Positions 1 to 10,049 of a stretch of 64,000 nucleotides of DNA are shown in pieces. The notes under the pieces are model-generated. The model saw only the letters and a list, made by a program, of their open reading frames with translations, had not been told where the DNA came from and did no database searches. Within the stretch, counting starts at the first letter, position 1; each line of letters opens with the position of its first letter. The DNA lies in assembly GCA_043718025.1 (NCBI GenBank), contig JAYSWN010000068.1, positions 11,817 through 75,816 on the forward strand, read 5' to 3'. Both the position numbers and the translations under genes were made by a program. This DNA is from Pseudomonadota bacterium. GTDB lineage: Bacteria; Bdellovibrionota; FAC87; UBA2466.

Positions 1-1
1 A

Positions 2-460
2 GTTCGCCTGGGCTACTCCGCTGACCGGTTTGAGGTGGGGTATGCGCAAGGTGATTTTCGCCATTCGATTCCTTCGGGTTTTATGGCCAAGTACCGATTC
101 GATGATCTCTACGTGCGAGCGGTGATGTTGTCCGAATACACCGACGCGGCCACTTTTGATCGCAACTCGCTTCGTCGCAAAGTTCAGGTGAGTAGCGCCG
201 GACGCTGGGCCCTGGGGCCGAAAATTACATTGGGTGGCCTGGCCGAGGTGACCTACCTTGATTCGGGCCTTTTTCGCTTTCGTTTAGAACAGGCGGTTGA
301 GCACATGGGCATGACTTTGGCCGTGCGCGAGCTGTTCATGAATCGTGGTGAGTTTATTGCCGAGGTGAGTTTGAAACGGCGCTTGGCCGATATCGCGGCC
401 CTCGGGGTTCAATATGCTTCGAATGGATCGTGGTATCTCGTAGGTAATATTGATTTTTAA
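2..460 (+). CDS. 5'-truncated ORF, C-terminal part of a probable outer-membrane beta-barrel protein
   Basis: The frame is open from the window edge (no stop between nt 2 and the listed GTG at 35). It has an alternating hydrophobic pattern and ends ...WYLVGNIDF with a terminal Phe, like an OMP beta-signal. Confidence 0.4.
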   Translation, partial: VRLGYSADRFEVGYAQGDFRHSIPSGFMAKYRFDDLYVRAVMLSEYTDAATFDRNSLRRKVQVSSAGRWALGPKITLGGLAEVTYLDSGLFRFRLEQAVEHMGMTLAVRELFMNRGEFIAEVSLKRRLADIAALGVQYASNGSWYLVGNIDF

Positions 461-582
461 CCGCAAACCGCCGATGGCAAATGGCACTCCGCAGAACTTT
501 TCCGACTTCTGGTCTATCTCATTGACATGAGGCATCAAAAACTGGTTCAAAAGGGGCCGGTTTGGAAAAGGTGGTCGCGGCA

Positions 583-1668
583 ATGAAGCTCTCTCGCATA
601 GCAGTTTTCCTTTTATTTATGGGGAATTACGCGTTTTCGTGCAGCACTATCGCCATTCCTAAGAGCCCCGAAAAATGGGTGCTTAAGAGTTACGACTGGC
701 ACCAGCCGCACGGTACGATTTTTATCAACCCCAAAGGCCTTAAAAAGAGGGGCTTTCATCTTAAAGACATTAAACGCCCTTCGTGGACCTCAAAGTTCGG
801 CAGCCTAACCTTTAATCAGCATGGTCGAGAGCTTCCTTTGGGTGGAATCAACGAGGCCGGTCTGGTCGTTGAGATCATGTGGCTCAACGAGAGCAAGTAT
901 GGAGCCGGCAAGTCTGGCGAGTACCTCAATGAAATGCAGTGGATTCAGTATCACCTTGATAGGTTTTCTACGGTGAAAGAAGTCACTAAGAGTGCTTTGG
1001 AAATTGGTATTTCAAGTCTCTACGCCAAGGTCCATTACCTGGTTTGTGATACCGATGGAGAGTGCGCAACAATCGATTTTTTAAGCGACGCTAAGCCGCC
1101 CGTTATTCGCACTGGTAGTGAGCTTCCCTACTGGGCCCTCACCAACGACAGCTATGACGCCAGTGTTGAGGGGGCAAAGAAATACCTGGTTTTCGGAGGT
1201 ACCAAGAAGGGGCCGGATGTTCTTTCTCAGGGCTCAATCGACCGTTTTGTAAAAGGGGCGTTGGGAAGCAGTCTTTATAAACCTGATACGACCACCCCAA
1301 CCCAAGATGTGATGGCCATATTAAAGAGTGTCGGACAGGGCGATTACACCAAGTACAACATTGCGTACGATCGAAAAGCTAATCGTGTCTATTTTCGCAC
1401 GCACACTCGCCCGTCAACGAAATGGGTGGACCTTTCTACGTTCAACTTTAAGTGTATTAAGGCTGTCGAAAATGGCCCCGATACGGGTGCGAAGTTGCTC
1501 AATATGAACCTCCTAAAGGAGGGCGACGTGAGCGCCGACTTTGAAGCCTACACCATGGCGGCAAATGTTAAACTCATCGAAGATGGGCTTAAAGAGGTGG
1601 CCGATCTTTTGCCCGACGGTGCCTTGAAAAAATTGGCCCTCTATCCCGACTCTCTTAAATGCGAGTAA
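583..1668 (+). CDS. Ntn-hydrolase, choloylglycine hydrolase / penicillin V acylase family (linear amide C-N hydrolase)
   Basis: Signal peptide MKLSRIAVFLLFMGNYAFS is followed directly by Cys (CSTIAIP), the N-terminal nucleophile position of this family. ATG 583 is preferred over GTG 562. Confidence 0.7.
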   Translation: MKLSRIAVFLLFMGNYAFSCSTIAIPKSPEKWVLKSYDWHQPHGTIFINPKGLKKRGFHLKDIKRPSWTSKFGSLTFNQHGRELPLGGINEAGLVVEIMWLNESKYGAGKSGEYLNEMQWIQYHLDRFSTVKEVTKSALEIGISSLYAKVHYLVCDTDGECATIDFLSDAKPPVIRTGSELPYWALTNDSYDASVEGAKKYLVFGGTKKGPDVLSQGSIDRFVKGALGSSLYKPDTTTPTQDVMAILKSVGQGDYTKYNIAYDRKANRVYFRTHTRPSTKWVDLSTFNFKCIKAVENGPDTGAKLLNMNLLKEGDVSADFEAYTMAANVKLIEDGLKEVADLLPDGALKKLALYPDSLKCE

Positions 1669-1696
1669 ACTGCTGAACCACTGGCTTAAGCTTAAC

Positions 1697-2899
1697 TCAG
1701 AGCTTTAAAAACTTAAGCGCCGTGCGGCTCCACGATGCTTCAAAACGCTCACGGGGCATGGTTGCGGCTTGCCGCAGCTTTCCGGTTTGTAAGATTTTGG
1801 CGTTTCGCGCCGGCATTTCATTCCATAATGCCGCGGCCCCTCCCGGCATCGCCTCCTCCATGCCAGCTAATGCCCGCGCATAACCCACATTTTTGGGCAG
1901 GCGCACCCAGCCGTCGACCAACGACTCGGCTACGTCGCCTTTCTCAGCGGAAGAGAGCAGTGGCGTGGCGGCGATGAATTTTCCCCAATCGTCTAAAAAC
2001 GGCGCAAAGGGCAAAAGAAATTTTTCTGATCGACGTAAGCTCCGGGGGCGGCGCAGGGCGAAATGGCGGTGGTTCTCATTGGCCATGTATGCCTTGTTGA
2101 GCTCGCCGGCCTCCCACAGTTCGCGGGGCAGGGGCCCGCTTTCTACGTGCCCCGCCTTGTAGGCGATTTTTTTTAACGGGTTATCGTCCGCCAGTTCCCA
2201 CTGGTCGAAGACCCGGTCGAGGTCGCCCAAATTATGGGCGATCACGGTGGCGGTTTGGTGAAGGCCAAGGCCGTCTTTTTTAGCCTTCATCTCTTCAAAG
2301 ACTTGAGCTTCGCGGTGAATTTCGGCGATGATCAGATCGCTTAAAGTATGCGCCAAGTCTTCTTCCCACTTCATGCACGAGACGTAAGCTGCGGCCGCGG
2401 TTGAAAACCATTCGCCCTGGTGTCCACTCAACAGCTCACCGGTGGAGGGCGAGATCACGTAGCGTGTCGATACCCGGCTAAAGTCCCAACCAAGGCTCTG
2501 GATCACCAGTTCGGCCATTTCGCGGCGGGCGGTGGCCGAAATCGGCGGCTGCCATAACTTAAAACGAATGTGCACGTCGACATCGGTGGGAACAAAAGTG
2601 GCCACCGTGCCGTGATGGCATTGCAAACAGAGCCGGAAATATTCGCCATGAGTCATCTCAGCATTGGTCAGGGTGGTGGGCTTGCGGCCCCATTCCCGCA
2701 GGGCCTCCAGGTGTGGCTCTTTTTCGGTGAACTTAGCCTCTTCCGTAAATAAGAAGGGGGCCGTATTACGAACTTGCTCCATGAGAATGCGAAAGGGAAT
2801 GCCGCGTCCGGTGAAGCCATCGTTGATGTGTTCTGACGGCGCGTCTTCCTCAGGGCTTGGAGCGGGGACCAAGGCTAAATTGGGCGGCAACATAGACAT
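1697..2899 (-). CDS. hypothetical protein (400 aa)
   Basis: Long ORF whose ATG overlaps the stop of the upstream gene by 1 nt (TAATG at 2897-2901). I recognise no nameable motif. Confidence 0.6.
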   Translation of the reverse strand: MSMLPPNLALVPAPSPEEDAPSEHINDGFTGRGIPFRILMEQVRNTAPFLFTEEAKFTEKEPHLEALREWGRKPTTLTNAEMTHGEYFRLCLQCHHGTVATFVPTDVDVHIRFKLWQPPISATARREMAELVIQSLGWDFSRVSTRYVISPSTGELLSGHQGEWFSTAAAAYVSCMKWEEDLAHTLSDLIIAEIHREAQVFEEMKAKKDGLGLHQTATVIAHNLGDLDRVFDQWELADDNPLKKIAYKAGHVESGPLPRELWEAGELNKAYMANENHRHFALRRPRSLRRSEKFLLPFAPFLDDWGKFIAATPLLSSAEKGDVAESLVDGWVRLPKNVGYARALAGMEEAMPGGAAALWNEMPARNAKILQTGKLRQAATMPRERFEASWSRTALKFLKL

Positions 2900-3174
2900 T
2901 ACAAAATCATCGTCAGCCCGGGGGCCGTGTGCAGGAGTTTAAAAATTTCGAGTACGTCGACAGCCTGATTGACCAGGGCTTCCACGGTAATGGCCACGTG
3001 TTTGCCACTTTCGGATTCGCGCACGGTAAGCACGCGGGCGCCGAGGGAGTGCTTTTTAATCAGCTCCACCACTGCACTTTCGGTCAAAACTCCGGATTGC
3101 CCTAAGACTTTGAACACAAAGGGGCCCGGAAAACTATGGTGCGATTGGATCAACTCAAGCGACGGTAACTTCAA
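2899..3174 (-). CDS. YbeD/DUF493-like small protein (5' end uncertain)
   Basis: The C-terminal ~85 aa (HHSFPGPFVFKVLG...VLTVRESESGKHVAITVEAL) resemble the YbeD family. The full 167-aa ORF would overlap the divergent asmA-like start, so internal TTG 3174 is used. Confidence 0.45.
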   Translation of the reverse strand: MKLPSLELIQSHHSFPGPFVFKVLGQSGVLTESAVVELIKKHSLGARVLTVRESESGKHVAITVEALVNQAVDVLEIFKLLHTAPGLTMIL

Positions 3175-3335
3175 AACTCCTCCCAGTTTAGTCCCACGGT
3201 CGGATTTACCACACCGCGGCACCGGTAGCTTAAGAAAAGTTCGGCCCAAAAAAAGGTTAACACCATCAACTGTTACCCGTACAATCCGCCAAATTATTTG
3301 AGCGTATTCATCACTTTCAGTTAGGGAGACAGCGT

Positions 3336-5732
3336 ATGCCGAAATGGGCAAAAACAGGGGCAAAGGTTTTCGGGGGATTGCTGGGGGTGTTGCTCGTGGC
3401 AATCATCGTCCTCCCTTTCGTCATTAACGTAGATAGCTACCGCCCCGAGATAATAAAAATCGCCAACGAAAATATTAACGGCAAACTAGATCTTGGAAAG
3501 CTTACGCTGTCACTCTGGGGTCAAATCCGCATTCAGGTCGACGGCTTCACGATTGCCGATAAAAAAGGGCAATCGGTGGTTTCGGCCAAAGACGTCTTTT
3601 TTCATGTGCCCTTTGCGCCATTGCTTTCGGGAAATCCGGTGCTCACCTTCAAAATGAAGTCGCCAGAAATTAGGGTGCTAAAAGATAAGGCGGGCAAGCT
3701 CAATGTGATGTCGCTCATGAAGCCTAGCTCCGTAAAAACAAAAGACGAGCCTTCTACGCCTTCGACCGAAAAAACCAAATTGCCGGCGATGGCCAGTCGC
3801 GCCGCGCTGGGCGTGGAGATGACTCAAGCCCAATTTTCGTACCGTGATGAGGCCACCAAATTGGTGTCGGAGATCAAAGATCTCAACCTGCGTATCCGAA
3901 GTATTTCGCTCACGAAACCATCTGACTTTGAAATATGGGCCTCTCTCGACACGCGAATGGGCAAAACTCTGGCGGTTCAAGGGCCTGCAAAAATTACGGG
4001 AACCCTGGTGCCTACGTTTGAGGGTGTTGATTTCAAAAGCGGTACGCTCAACGTGAAGGCTGATTTAGATGGCGTAGGAATTTCAATGCCGGGTCTGTTT
4101 GAAAAGAAAGCGGGCCTCGCCACCAATCTACTGCTCGAGGTTACGGTAAGTCCGACGGCGGCCAATTTAAAAAGCCTAAAAGCGGTCTTTTTTAATGTGG
4201 TGGTCAATGGCTCGGGGGCGGTGACTCAAATAGACAGCACTCCCGTGTTCGATCTCAAATTGGTGGCGGCTCAGTTTGAGCTTAAGCCATGGTCTGATCT
4301 TTTGCCGATGTTGAAAGAGTACGAGCTGGGAGGCGCAGCGGGCTTTAGTGCCGATCTCGGCGGCACCGCAAACTCTCCACAATACAAAGCCAGCGTGGAT
4401 TTCAAAAACTTCACCGCTAAAGCTCCAAATTTGAAGACGCAGCCGCATTTTGACGGCTCGATTCGGGTGGTTACGGATAAGCTCGAGAACGCGACGATCA
4501 CCATGAAAGCGCCGGGAAACGATCTTAAAATCGTTGCCTCCGTGCTCTCTTTTGCGGCGCCTAAAATCGCGGTGAACGTGACCTCGGTGGGTGGCTTAGA
4601 TTTGGATCAGCTCATTGAGTTTCCCAAAACTGCCGCCGCCAAAGAGGCCGCTCCGGCTGCCGGCAATTCGGGTTCGGGGACGGGGACGGGGGCCGATGCC
4701 AACGCCAACGCGTCTGATTTCGACGCCCTACTTGATCCGCTGCGCCAAAATGAATTGATGGCGAAGGCTACGTTAAATGCGCGCGCCTCGCTGCCTTTTG
4801 TAACGGCTAAGGGCGTTAAGATGAGTGCGATGAATGCGTTGATGACGCTCAATAATTTAAACCTCGCCTTAGACTCGTTCGCGATGAACGTCTTTGACGG
4901 TAAGTTATTTACCTCGATGGCGGTTGCGCTCAAGCCCAAGACTCCCACCTACCGTTTAAAGTTGGAGGTGACCGGTTTGGATATGCAAAAGGCGGTCGCG
5001 TCACAGCTTTCCTTGTTCAAGAATACCGTCATCGGAAAAGCGAACTTTAAAATGGAGGGCACGGGCGCCAGTTTTAATCCTGATCCGGCCAAAAAGAATT
5101 TAAAGGTTGCTGGAAACATGCGAATCGAAAACGCCACCTTCACGAGTATCGATATTGGCAGAATGGCCTCCGACGGTATCAATAAAGCTATCGGTGATCT
5201 TAGTAAGACGGTTCCGGGATTGGGTGGAAAAACGGTTCCCCAGCTGAAAACTGACACCGCCTATGAATCGGTGGGCAGTGATTTCACCATCGCCGGCGGC
5301 AAGTTTTCGGCGCCTAATTTTTCGGCCAAATCGAGAGCCAATAAGGGCATTGATTTTAATGGCGCCACTGAAGTGGGATTATTGGACTACTCGTTGCGGG
5401 CCAATTGGGAGATGGTCGATACCTACAACCTCACCAAGGCCCGTGACCTTTCGGTGGAATCCAATGGCATTCAGGTGAACCCGCTCTTGGCCGACGGAGC
5501 CAATCCAGTTCGCTTTCCGATAAAGGTTGGGGGAACCTGTTTCGCCCCCGAGATTAATTACGGTGCCGTGCCCGAAGCCCTGGCCAAAGTGGCGTTGAAT
5601 AATGTTTCTAAAGCGTTGGCGGCTAAGGCCAAAGCCGAGGTGCAAAAACAGGTGCAGCAAGAGATTCAGAAAGTGGCGCCTGGGGTTAGCAAAGAGGTGA
5701 ATCAAGCGATCAAGGGATTGTTTGGAAATTAG
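3336..5732 (+). CDS. AsmA-family outer-membrane biogenesis protein
   Basis: An N-terminal TM anchor (VFGGLLGVLLVAIIVLPFVI) is followed by a ~750-aa beta-rich periplasmic body and a low-complexity GSGTGTGADANANA linker. This is AsmA-like architecture. Confidence 0.7.
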   Translation: MPKWAKTGAKVFGGLLGVLLVAIIVLPFVINVDSYRPEIIKIANENINGKLDLGKLTLSLWGQIRIQVDGFTIADKKGQSVVSAKDVFFHVPFAPLLSGNPVLTFKMKSPEIRVLKDKAGKLNVMSLMKPSSVKTKDEPSTPSTEKTKLPAMASRAALGVEMTQAQFSYRDEATKLVSEIKDLNLRIRSISLTKPSDFEIWASLDTRMGKTLAVQGPAKITGTLVPTFEGVDFKSGTLNVKADLDGVGISMPGLFEKKAGLATNLLLEVTVSPTAANLKSLKAVFFNVVVNGSGAVTQIDSTPVFDLKLVAAQFELKPWSDLLPMLKEYELGGAAGFSADLGGTANSPQYKASVDFKNFTAKAPNLKTQPHFDGSIRVVTDKLENATITMKAPGNDLKIVASVLSFAAPKIAVNVTSVGGLDLDQLIEFPKTAAAKEAAPAAGNSGSGTGTGADANANASDFDALLDPLRQNELMAKATLNARASLPFVTAKGVKMSAMNALMTLNNLNLALDSFAMNVFDGKLFTSMAVALKPKTPTYRLKLEVTGLDMQKAVASQLSLFKNTVIGKANFKMEGTGASFNPDPAKKNLKVAGNMRIENATFTSIDIGRMASDGINKAIGDLSKTVPGLGGKTVPQLKTDTAYESVGSDFTIAGGKFSAPNFSAKSRANKGIDFNGATEVGLLDYSLRANWEMVDTYNLTKARDLSVESNGIQVNPLLADGANPVRFPIKVGGTCFAPEINYGAVPEALAKVALNNVSKALAAKAKAEVQKQVQQEIQKVAPGVSKEVNQAIKGLFGN

Positions 5733-5878
5733 TCTCGCGAAAAAGCGGCCGATTTCACAATGGCACCAAATATGGGCGTTTCTTGAATATTGTGCTCAAG
5801 TTTTCACAACCTGCCCACTAGCAAGACACGGTCGTTTGCGACACTGAATGGGAAGACTCTTATAAAGGGAGTGACCCC

Positions 5879-6922
5879 ATGCGTGGCTTAGTTGTAACTT
5901 TACTCGTTGCTCTCGCGGTTTTGCTTCAGGGCTGTGGAAAATCTGCGGCCCCTTCAACTACCGGCGGCACCACCAGCACCACCGGGGGCGGAACCCAGCA
6001 CCTTTATGAAGGCAACTGCGACCTGTTGGCCAGCCCCTTTGGCGGTGGTCTGGGTAGCTCGAATGATCCCTATCTGATTTGCACCGTGGCCCAGCTGCAC
6101 AAAATTACCGAACCCGGAAACGGTGCCTTTCACTATGTTCAGGTGAAAGACTTGGACTTAAGTGGAGCCGCGCTTTTTGCGATTGCCGATCTCACCGGTA
6201 GTTTCGACGGCAATGGCTACGTACTCAATCACCTGCAGGGGACAATGTTATTTGCGAATTCTTCAGGAGCGATTCGCAATGTGACGGTTACCGGAGCTTC
6301 TATAGTGGGCAGTTTTCAAGCCGGAGTTTTACTCGGCTGGAATCAAGCCGGTGGAGTGGTACAAAATTGTCACGTGACCGGGGCGCTGGTTACCTCTTAT
6401 AGCTCCGGCGGGTTGGTGGGCCGTAACGAAGGCACCATTACGCAGAGCTCGGCCAATGTCGCCCTTCAAGGCATCGATACACTGGGTGGCTTGGTGGGGT
6501 TGAACCGCGGTATCATCTCAAAGTCCCGCTCCGCCGGATCAGTGGTGGCTTCAAGTACGGCTTACGGAATCGTCGGTGGTTTGGTCGCGGATAACTTCTC
6601 TGGCACGATTTCCGACAGCTACTCCACGGCCTCGGCGCAGGGCAAGTCCAACGTCGGTGGATTTTTCGGACAAAACGAAGCCACCATCGTAAACGGTTTT
6701 TCTAGCGGGGCGGTGGCCGCAACCGGAGCCAATTTGGGCGGCTTTGGTGGCCTGAACACCGGCACGGTAACCAGCAGTTATTTTGATTCACAAACCTCTG
6801 GTACCGGAATTTCGAGCGGGGGCATGGCAAAGACCACTTTAGAAATGCAGAGCCAAGGCACCTACGTTGGTTGGGACTTTGCTACCGTGTGGAGCCTGAG
6901 CAGCTACCCTAGTCTGCGCTAG
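5879..6922 (+). CDS. lipoprotein with GLUG-motif repeats
   Basis: Lipobox LLQGC after the signal peptide. Repeated GGLVG-type motifs are present (SSGGLVGRNEG, LGGLVGLNRG, VGGLVADNFSG, VGGFFGQNEA, LGGFGGLNTG). Confidence 0.7.
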   Translation: MRGLVVTLLVALAVLLQGCGKSAAPSTTGGTTSTTGGGTQHLYEGNCDLLASPFGGGLGSSNDPYLICTVAQLHKITEPGNGAFHYVQVKDLDLSGAALFAIADLTGSFDGNGYVLNHLQGTMLFANSSGAIRNVTVTGASIVGSFQAGVLLGWNQAGGVVQNCHVTGALVTSYSSGGLVGRNEGTITQSSANVALQGIDTLGGLVGLNRGIISKSRSAGSVVASSTAYGIVGGLVADNFSGTISDSYSTASAQGKSNVGGFFGQNEATIVNGFSSGAVAATGANLGGFGGLNTGTVTSSYFDSQTSGTGISSGGMAKTTLEMQSQGTYVGWDFATVWSLSSYPSLR

Positions 6923-6923
6923 T

Positions 6924-7718
6924 TCACTGCACGGCAAACTGTTCCCAAGCCAAACGTAGTAGTAATAAGGTTACCGCCACCGCGAGCATTGGTCGCACGA
7001 TACGATGGCCGTAACGGCTTGCTTGATGGGCTCCAATCCAAGCTCCGATGCCAATTCCCACCGCCAGCGGCGCACCGATATTCCAATTTACGTAACCCTG
7101 ACTGCCGTAACTAATTAGCGCCGTAGTGGCCGACGCCAGATTGGCGAAACGGCCAATGGTGATGGCATTTAAGAGCGGCTGTTTCGCAACGAAGAATAAC
7201 GCGAGAAACATAAGGGTGCCGCCGCCGGGACCCCATAGGCCATCGTAAAAGCCGGCCAAAATGCCTGAAACAATTAAGGGCGGGCTAAAATAATCGAGCG
7301 TTCGCTTGCGTTCGGGCGACTCTACTTCCTGCGTTGGAAGGTGCTGCTCCAACCACAGGTCCTTTTTTAGAACGAGCCAAAGCAACAACGGGCTCGATCC
7401 CCACAAGATCCAAACAAACACCGTGCGCGGAAACCATTCGGCCATGCGGCTGCCGACCAATGAGCCAAACGCTACCCACACGGCAAATGAGACCCCACGA
7501 CGCCAATCGAAATGGCCCTTAGCTAAGTAGACTAAAAATGCGCATAGCGAAGCGGAAAGGCCAGCCATTTTGTTTGTGGCCACGGAGTGGATGCCGTGGC
7601 CTATTACCAGAATAAGGGCGGGAAGTGTGATCAGGCCCCCGCCGCCGGCAACCGCATCAATGGTTCCGGCCAAAAGACCAATCAGAAATAGACCCACGGT
7701 TTCAAGCGGCATGGTCAA
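6924..7718 (-). CDS. TSUP-family (TauE/SafE) anion exporter membrane protein
   Basis: Polytopic membrane protein with two halves, each carrying a Gly-rich motif (AVAGGGGLITLPAL; LWGPGGGTLMF). Confidence 0.8.
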   Translation of the reverse strand: MTMPLETVGLFLIGLLAGTIDAVAGGGGLITLPALILVIGHGIHSVATNKMAGLSASLCAFLVYLAKGHFDWRRGVSFAVWVAFGSLVGSRMAEWFPRTVFVWILWGSSPLLLWLVLKKDLWLEQHLPTQEVESPERKRTLDYFSPPLIVSGILAGFYDGLWGPGGGTLMFLALFFVAKQPLLNAITIGRFANLASATTALISYGSQGYVNWNIGAPLAVGIGIGAWIGAHQASRYGHRIVRPMLAVAVTLLLLRLAWEQFAVQ

Positions 7719-7808
7719 AGAATAATGACCTTTAGTCGACCTGGCGAGGACAGAGAGCAGCCCGAACGGAAACGTGAACAGGCTCGGGGGCTGTGGTAAG
7801 TACTCTTC

Positions 7809-8996
7809 ATGCCAATTGGACTACTAGAACACCTCAAACAAGAGATTCAGACGGTCAGAGAAAAAGGGCTCTATAAGTCCGAACGTGAGATCACCTCACC
7901 TCAGGCCACCGAAATTAAAACCGGCGGAAAAACCGTAATCAACCTTTGTGCCAATAACTACCTCGGCCTCTCCAGCCATCCGGCCATGGTGGCATCGGCC
8001 CAAAAAGCGTTAGATGAATGGGGCTTCGGGCTTTCCAGCGTCCGATTCATCTGCGGCACGCAGAGCGTTCATCGTGATTTAGAAAAACGCCTCAGCCAGT
8101 TCTTGGGAACCGAGGACACGATCCTTTATGGCTCGTGCTTTGACGCTAACGGTGGAATTTTTGAAGCCATCTTATCGGCGGAAGATGCGGTAATTAGCGA
8201 TGCGTTAAATCACGCCAGCATCATCGATGGCATTCGTCTATGTAAGGCGACGCGCTTTCGCTACGCCAATGGCGACATGGTCGATTTGGAAAAGCAGTTG
8301 AAAGACGCCCAAGGCGCTCGGTTTCGTCTCGTGGTTACCGATGGAGTGTTTTCGATGGACGGCACGCTGGCAAATTTGCCCGCCATTCGTGAACTTGCCG
8401 ACAAGTACAATGCCATGGTGATGGTGGATGATTCCCACGCCGTCGGCTTTTGCGGCCCGGGCGGAAGGGGCACGCCCGAGCATTTCGGGTTACACGCCAA
8501 ATTTGAAGTGCTTACCGGCACCTTGGGTAAGGCTCTGGGCGGTGCCTCGGGCGGATACGTTTCAGGAAAAAAAGAGGTCGTCGAGTGGTTGCGGCAACGG
8601 TCGCGTCCCTACCTTTTTTCGAACTCGCTGGCGCCGATGATTGCGGCCGCCTCGCTCACTGCGTTAGACTTAATCGAGAAAGAGGCGACGCTTCGCCAAT
8701 CGCTTTGGCAAAATACCGCCTATTTCCGCCAAAAGATGACGGCGCTCAAATTCAATATTGTTCCGGGAATTCATCCCATCGTGCCGGTCATGTTTGGCGA
8801 GGCCAAACTTGCCGCTACGATGGCCGAAGAGCTGTTAAAGTTAGGCATTTACGTGATCAGCTTTTCTTATCCGGTGGTGCCCGAAGGGCGAGCGCGGATT
8901 CGCACCCAGATCTCGGCGGCTCACACTCGTGCGGAGTTGGATCAGGTGATCGGTGCCTTTGAAACCGTCGGTAAAAAACTAGGTGTGATTTCATAA
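7809..8996 (+). CDS. kbl: glycine C-acetyltransferase (2-amino-3-ketobutyrate CoA ligase)
   Basis: Class II PLP enzyme motifs [23 protein letters not shown] and the PLP-Lys motif [10 protein letters not shown]. It lies immediately upstream of tdh, as in the classical kbl-tdh operon. Confidence 0.93.
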   Translation: MPIGLLEHLKQEIQTVREKGLYKSEREITSPQATEIKTGGKTVINLCANNYLGLSSHPAMVASAQKALDEWGFGLSSVRFICGTQSVHRDLEKRLSQFLGTEDTILYGSCFDANGGIFEAILSAEDAVISDALNHASIIDGIRLCKATRFRYANGDMVDLEKQLKDAQGARFRLVVTDGVFSMDGTLANLPAIRELADKYNAMVMVDDSHAVGFCGPGGRGTPEHFGLHAKFEVLTGTLGKALGGASGGYVSGKKEVVEWLRQRSRPYLFSNSLAPMIAAASLTALDLIEKEATLRQSLWQNTAYFRQKMTALKFNIVPGIHPIVPVMFGEAKLAATMAEELLKLGIYVISFSYPVVPEGRARIRTQISAAHTRAELDQVIGAFETVGKKLGVIS

Positions 8997-9008
8997 ACGG
9001 AGAACTCA

Positions 9009-10031
9009 ATGAAAGCGCTGGTCAAAGAAAAACGTGAGGCAGGCCTTTGGCTTAAAGACGTGCCGGTTCCGGAAATTGGGCACAACGACGTTTTGATCAA
9101 AATCAAAAAGACCGCGCTTTGCGGCACTGATTTGCACATTCACGACTGGGATCCGTGGGCGCAGAAAACCATTCCCGTTCCCATGGTGGTGGGCCACGAG
9201 TTTGTGGGGGTGATTGAAAAAGTGGGTAGTGCCGTTGGTGGGTGCAAAAAAGGAGATCGGGTCTCTGGCGAAGGCCATTTGACTTGCGGAAACTGTCGTA
9301 ATTGCCGTGCGGGTAAACGGCATCTATGCCGCAATACCGTTGGCGTCGGTGTGAATCGGGCCGGCTGTTTTGCCGAATATTTGGCGATCCCGGCTGAGAA
9401 TGCCTTTCCGGTGCCCGACTCGGTCAGTGATGATGTTGCGGCGATTTTTGATCCGCTCGGTAACGCTGTGCACACCGCCCTCTCCTTTGATCTGGTCGGC
9501 GAAGATGTGCTGATTACCGGCGCCGGCCCGATCGGGCTGATGGCCGTGGCGATTGCCCGCCAAGCTGGGGCCCGATTCATTGTGATTTCGGATGTGAATC
9601 CCTTTCGCCTGGAACTGGCGAAACAATTCGGGGTCACCCGAACCGTGAACGCGGCCAAAGAAAAAATGGCCGACGTCATGAAAGAGCTCGGCATGAAAGA
9701 GGGCTTCGACGTGGGGCTTGAGATGTCGGGTAACGCCCACGCGTTTCGGTCGTTGATTGAGAGCATGAACCACGGGGGAAAAGTCGCAAACCTTGGAATA
9801 TTCCCCGAGCCGGTATCTTTGGACTGGAGCCAAGTTATTTTTAAAGGGCTTATCCTCAAGGGCATCTACGGCCGTGAAATGTACGAGACCTGGTATAAAA
9901 TGACGGCGCTTTTAAGTTGTGGACTTAACGTTGAGCCAGTCATTACCCATAGATATAAGGCCGAAGATTTTACTCAAGCCTTCACCGCAGTAAAATCAGG
10001 GCAAGCCGGCAAAGTAGTTTTAGAGTGGTGA
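9009..10031 (+). CDS. tdh: L-threonine 3-dehydrogenase
   Basis: Zn-ADH motifs [12 protein letters not shown], the structural-Zn Cys cluster [15 protein letters not shown], and a Rossmann GAGPIGLM. It starts 12 nt after kbl. Confidence 0.93.
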   Translation: MKALVKEKREAGLWLKDVPVPEIGHNDVLIKIKKTALCGTDLHIHDWDPWAQKTIPVPMVVGHEFVGVIEKVGSAVGGCKKGDRVSGEGHLTCGNCRNCRAGKRHLCRNTVGVGVNRAGCFAEYLAIPAENAFPVPDSVSDDVAAIFDPLGNAVHTALSFDLVGEDVLITGAGPIGLMAVAIARQAGARFIVISDVNPFRLELAKQFGVTRTVNAAKEKMADVMKELGMKEGFDVGLEMSGNAHAFRSLIESMNHGGKVANLGIFPEPVSLDWSQVIFKGLILKGIYGREMYETWYKMTALLSCGLNVEPVITHRYKAEDFTQAFTAVKSGQAGKVVLEW

Positions 10032-10049
10032 GTAAAAAAGAGGGGTTGC

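Noticed and set aside
2899-3402. Full-length 167-aa version of the YbeD-like ORF.
   Set aside because: The YbeD family is ~90 aa. The N-terminal extension has no family resemblance and would overlap the divergent asmA-like start at 3336.
4655-4720. Short tandem GGGACG / GCCAAC repeats.
   Set aside because: They translate in frame to a GSGTGTGADANANA linker within the AsmA-like protein and show no sign of a mobile or regulatory repeat.
9140-9865. 241-aa ORF antisense to tdh (and 169-aa ORF 9324-9833).
   Set aside because: It lies entirely within the confidently identified tdh gene on the opposite strand. The composition is Ser/Pro/Arg-rich, typical of antisense frames, and there is no motif or SD.
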